From Nostoc sp. (GTDB lineage Bacteria; Cyanobacteriota; Cyanobacteriia; Cyanobacteriales; Nostocaceae): a stretch of DNA of 64,000 nucleotides. Below the pieces are notes generated by a model. It did no database searches and was not told the origin of the DNA. It saw nothing but the letters and a program-made list of their open reading frames with translations. This document shows positions 61,144-64,000 of the stretch, piece by piece (the stretch's first letter is position 1; each line of letters begins with the position of its first letter). The DNA lies in contig JBALDB010000002.1 of NCBI GenBank assembly GCA_036918135.1, positions 160,001 through 224,000 on the forward strand, written 5' to 3'. A program made the position numbers and the translations under genes.

Positions 61144-63234
61144 ATGTTGAAAGTTTTTGCAGACAGAGGTGGTACATTTACAGATATTGTTGCTGTTACT
61201 AACAACCAAGAAATTATAGACAGACTATCAAAACATCTTGAACGATTTTTAATTGTTCCGCTGCCTAATCGGCAATGGATTGTAGTTTACAAACTACTTT
61301 CAGAAAATCCCGAACAATATCAAGATGCAGCTATTCTAGGTATTCGAGATATTATCGGTCTTTCAACTGAAGAACCTATTCCCGATGAAGCAATAGAAGT
61401 AATAAAAATGGGGACAACAGTAGCGACAAATGCACTGTTAGAAAGAAAAGGCGACAGGGTTGTGCTTCTCATTACTAAAGGGTTTAAAGATGCGCTACGA
61501 ATTGGCTACCAAAATCGTCCTCACATCTTTGCTCGTCAGATAGTTTTACCAACCATGCTTTACGAACAGGTGATTGAAGTAGATGAACGTTACGATGCTA
61601 AAGGAAATGAATTAACCCCAGTCAATCTCGAACAAGTCAAAAGTGACTTACAAGCAGTTTATAACATAGGAATTAGGAGTTGTGCTATTGTTTTTATGCA
61701 CAGCGATCGCTATCCCAAACACGAACAAGAAGTAGCAGCAATCGCCCAAGAAATCGGCTTTAATCAAATATCTGTATCTCATCAAGTTAGTCCGTTAATG
61801 AAATTAGTTAGCCGCGGCGATACAACAGTAGTCGATGCCTATTTAACTCCTATTTTACGTCGCTACGTCAACCAAATAGCGAGTCAGTTACCCCAAGTAA
61901 AATTAATGTTTATGAAATCTGATGGGGGTTTGGTTGCAGCCGAACAATTCCAAGGAAAAGATAGTATTTTGAGTGGCCCTGCTGGGGGTATTGTTGGCGC
62001 AGTTCAAACTAGTAAAAGAGCAGGTTTTGAGTTAATAATTACCTTTGATATGGGAGGAACTAGTACAGATGTTGCCCATTTTAAAGGAGAGTACGAACGA
62101 CAATTAGATTTAGAAATTGCTGGGGCGCGGATGCGAGTTCCAGTATTAGCAATTAATACTATTGCGGCTGGCGGTGGTTCAATTCTGTTTTTTGATGGTT
62201 CTAGTTATCGTGTCGGCCCTAAATCTGCTGCTTCAATTCCTGGGCCTGCTTGTTATCGTCGTGGGGGGCCATTAGCGGTTACTGATGCCAATGTGATGTT
62301 AGGCAAAATCCACCCGCAATATTTTCCCTCAGTTTTTGGAATTGATGGTAATTTACCTTTAGATAAAGATATTGTGATTCAGAAATTTACACAATTAGCC
62401 CAAGAAATTATATCTGCTACAAGAAATCATTGTACACCCGAACAAGTAGCGGCTGGATTTATAGCGATCGCAGTCGAAAATATGGCAAATGCAATAAAAA
62501 AAATTAGCCTCCAACGTGGTTATGATGTCACTAAATATGTACTGTGTTGTTTTGGTGGTGCGGCTGGGCAAGTTGCTTGTTTAATTGCCGATACTTTGGG
62601 GATGAAAAAGATATTTCTACATCCTTATGCTGGAGTTCTTTCTGCTTATGGAATGGGCTTAGCTGATGTCCGAGCAATTAGAGAAGCAGGAGTTGAACAA
62701 CCTTTAACTCAATCGTTAATCCCTAAATTACAACAGTTAATAGAATATTTAGCAATCCAAGCTAGAAGTGAAATTAATCAAGCACCCACTGAAGTAGAAG
62801 TAGTCTGCAAAGCTAATTTAAAATATGAAGGTACTAACTCTATCTTGACCGTGGATTTTGCTGATGAAGTGGTAGTAATGCGACAAAAATTTGAAACTGA
62901 GCATCTATCCCGCTATGGTTTCTTTCAATCAGAGAAAACCTTAATTGTCGAATCTCTATCAGTGGAAGTAATTCAGAAGATGGATACACCAGAAGAACCC
63001 TTAATTACTCGTACCCGTTTGATAGATGAATTTCCCAAATCTGTTGAAACAATCAAGATGTTTACTGCTGATACTTGGCATGATACACCTGTTTATCGAC
63101 GCGAAGATTTACAGCCAGAAGATAAGATTATTGGAACTGCAATTATTGTTGAAAAAATTAGCACTATTGTAGTTGAACCATTATGGCAAGCCAGATTAAC
63201 TCAACGGAATCATCTAATTTTAGAACGTCTATAA
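61144..63234 (+). CDS. Hydantoinase A / ATP-dependent 5-oxoprolinase N-terminal subunit
   Basis: DRGGTFTD, MGTTVATNALLERKG, SGPAGG, DMGGTSTDV, AAGGGS and GPACY motifs. Confidence 0.92.
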   Translation: MLKVFADRGGTFTDIVAVTNNQEIIDRLSKHLERFLIVPLPNRQWIVVYKLLSENPEQYQDAAILGIRDIIGLSTEEPIPDEAIEVIKMGTTVATNALLERKGDRVVLLITKGFKDALRIGYQNRPHIFARQIVLPTMLYEQVIEVDERYDAKGNELTPVNLEQVKSDLQAVYNIGIRSCAIVFMHSDRYPKHEQEVAAIAQEIGFNQISVSHQVSPLMKLVSRGDTTVVDAYLTPILRRYVNQIASQLPQVKLMFMKSDGGLVAAEQFQGKDSILSGPAGGIVGAVQTSKRAGFELIITFDMGGTSTDVAHFKGEYERQLDLEIAGARMRVPVLAINTIAAGGGSILFFDGSSYRVGPKSAASIPGPACYRRGGPLAVTDANVMLGKIHPQYFPSVFGIDGNLPLDKDIVIQKFTQLAQEIISATRNHCTPEQVAAGFIAIAVENMANAIKKISLQRGYDVTKYVLCCFGGAAGQVACLIADTLGMKKIFLHPYAGVLSAYGMGLADVRAIREAGVEQPLTQSLIPKLQQLIEYLAIQARSEINQAPTEVEVVCKANLKYEGTNSILTVDFADEVVVMRQKFETEHLSRYGFFQSEKTLIVESLSVEVIQKMDTPEEPLITRTRLIDEFPKSVETIKMFTADTWHDTPVYRREDLQPEDKIIGTAIIVEKISTIVVEPLWQARLTQRNHLILERL

Positions 63235-63313
63235 ACTGGCTGTTTTGCTGTAAAAAACTCACTCTCGTTACACTAACCTCAACACGGTTTTCTAATCAAA
63301 AGGCTATCCGTTT

Positions 63314-64000
63314 ATGGAGTCTCGCATTCAGTCATATTTACGCTTCGCGGCGAGCAAGCAACGCGATACGAAGCAGATTGGATCTTTCCTCGCTAGTTTT
63401 AACCGTTATAGCGCCAATCCTTTTCTTAACTATGCCATCCCTAACGATGCAGCCACACCCTCACTTACCGAGATTAAGGCACTAATCGCTGCTTATGAAA
63501 GTCGCGGACGAAAACCGCGTTTGGAATACATTGCTTCCCTAGCGCCTGCTGTCGAGGAGGCACTAGTAGCTGCTGCTTTCACCGTTGAGGGACGCTTGCC
63601 ACTGATGATTTGCACTCCTGGTTTAGAGCAATTGCTTCCTGTTCCCCCGGACATCGAATTAATTGTACCTGTTTCGGATGCTGAAATACTTGCTACAGTT
63701 ACAGTGCAAAACGAGGCTTATGGAGAGTCTGCACCAAGCCCTGAAGATGTTAAACGTCTCAGCAATAGCCTAGCAGCAGGTGGAATCGCTGTACTTGCTC
63801 GTTTTATTACAACAGGCGAGCCTGTAGGGGCTGGAGTATGTTCCGTGCCCATAAATCAGACAACAGAAATCGCTGGTATCGGTGTACGTATAGCTTTTCG
63901 CCGACGCGGCATAGCAGGAGCCTTAACAACCCGCCTAGTGCAAGAAGCTTTCGATGCAGGTATTACGATGACATTTCTGATGGCAGCACATCAAGAGGAA
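63314..64000 (+). CDS. GNAT family N-acetyltransferase, runs off the window end (not in the ORF track)
   Basis: ATG at 63314 opens MESRIQSYL...NYAIP...PRLEY...EIAGIGV..AFRRRGIAGALT (acetyl-CoA motif A); no stop before 64000. Confidence 0.85.
   Translation, partial: MESRIQSYLRFAASKQRDTKQIGSFLASFNRYSANPFLNYAIPNDAATPSLTEIKALIAAYESRGRKPRLEYIASLAPAVEEALVAAAFTVEGRLPLMICTPGLEQLLPVPPDIELIVPVSDAEILATVTVQNEAYGESAPSPEDVKRLSNSLAAGGIAVLARFITTGEPVGAGVCSVPINQTTEIAGIGVRIAFRRRGIAGALTTRLVQEAFDAGITMTFLMAAHQEE

Larger units (their letters stand above)
1361..62471. repeat. Dispersed HIP1 octamers (GCGATCGC)
   Basis: Dozens of copies across the window, e.g. 1361, 4194, 49056, 49998, 50948, 51917, 62464. Confidence 0.95.

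Noticed and set aside
63183..63485. 100-aa ORF after the oxoprolinase gene
   Set aside because: It overlaps both neighbours; the GNAT frame starting at 63314 explains the region.
1..64000. rRNA, tRNA, transposase, integrase, prophage or defence genes
   Set aside because: No recognisable signatures found by eye; a covariance-model scan could still reveal small RNAs.

Overview
Chromosomal window from a filamentous, probably heterocyst-forming cyanobacterium (Nostocales-like). Evidence: dozens of HIP1 octamers (GCGATCGC), intergenic STRR heptamer repeats, psbI and a fused panC-cmk. Contents in order: the 3' end of a PEP-CTERM surface protein; an AT-rich surface glycosylation cluster (GT4, a putative GT-A protein, a transketolase/methyltransferase chimeric remnant, a GT-C-like membrane protein, gtrA, gtrB-like GT2, two methyltransferases, rffA); DUF429; a DUF29 pseudogene; glgP; an acyltransferase; psbI; an LptD-like DUF3769 protein; a DXCF cyanobacteriochrome kinase paired with a hybrid kinase; a SagB-type dehydrogenase beside a 13 x 21-bp tandem array; a hydrolase; a Ser/Thr kinase; a TPR protein; glsA; rlpA; panC-cmk; sodB; a GNAT; purM; and a PHP protein. 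Next comes a complete Wsp-like chemosensory cluster with two receptors and a WspR-type receiver fused to a histidine kinase instead of a GGDEF domain. It lies directly downstream of a cobalamin-riboswitch-led cobG-cobH-cobI unit. The window ends with a CHASE2 kinase, a methyltransferase, a 5-oxoprolinase N-half and a truncated GNAT. No rRNA, tRNA, CRISPR array or transposase was seen. All calls come from motif recognition by eye; no searches were run.
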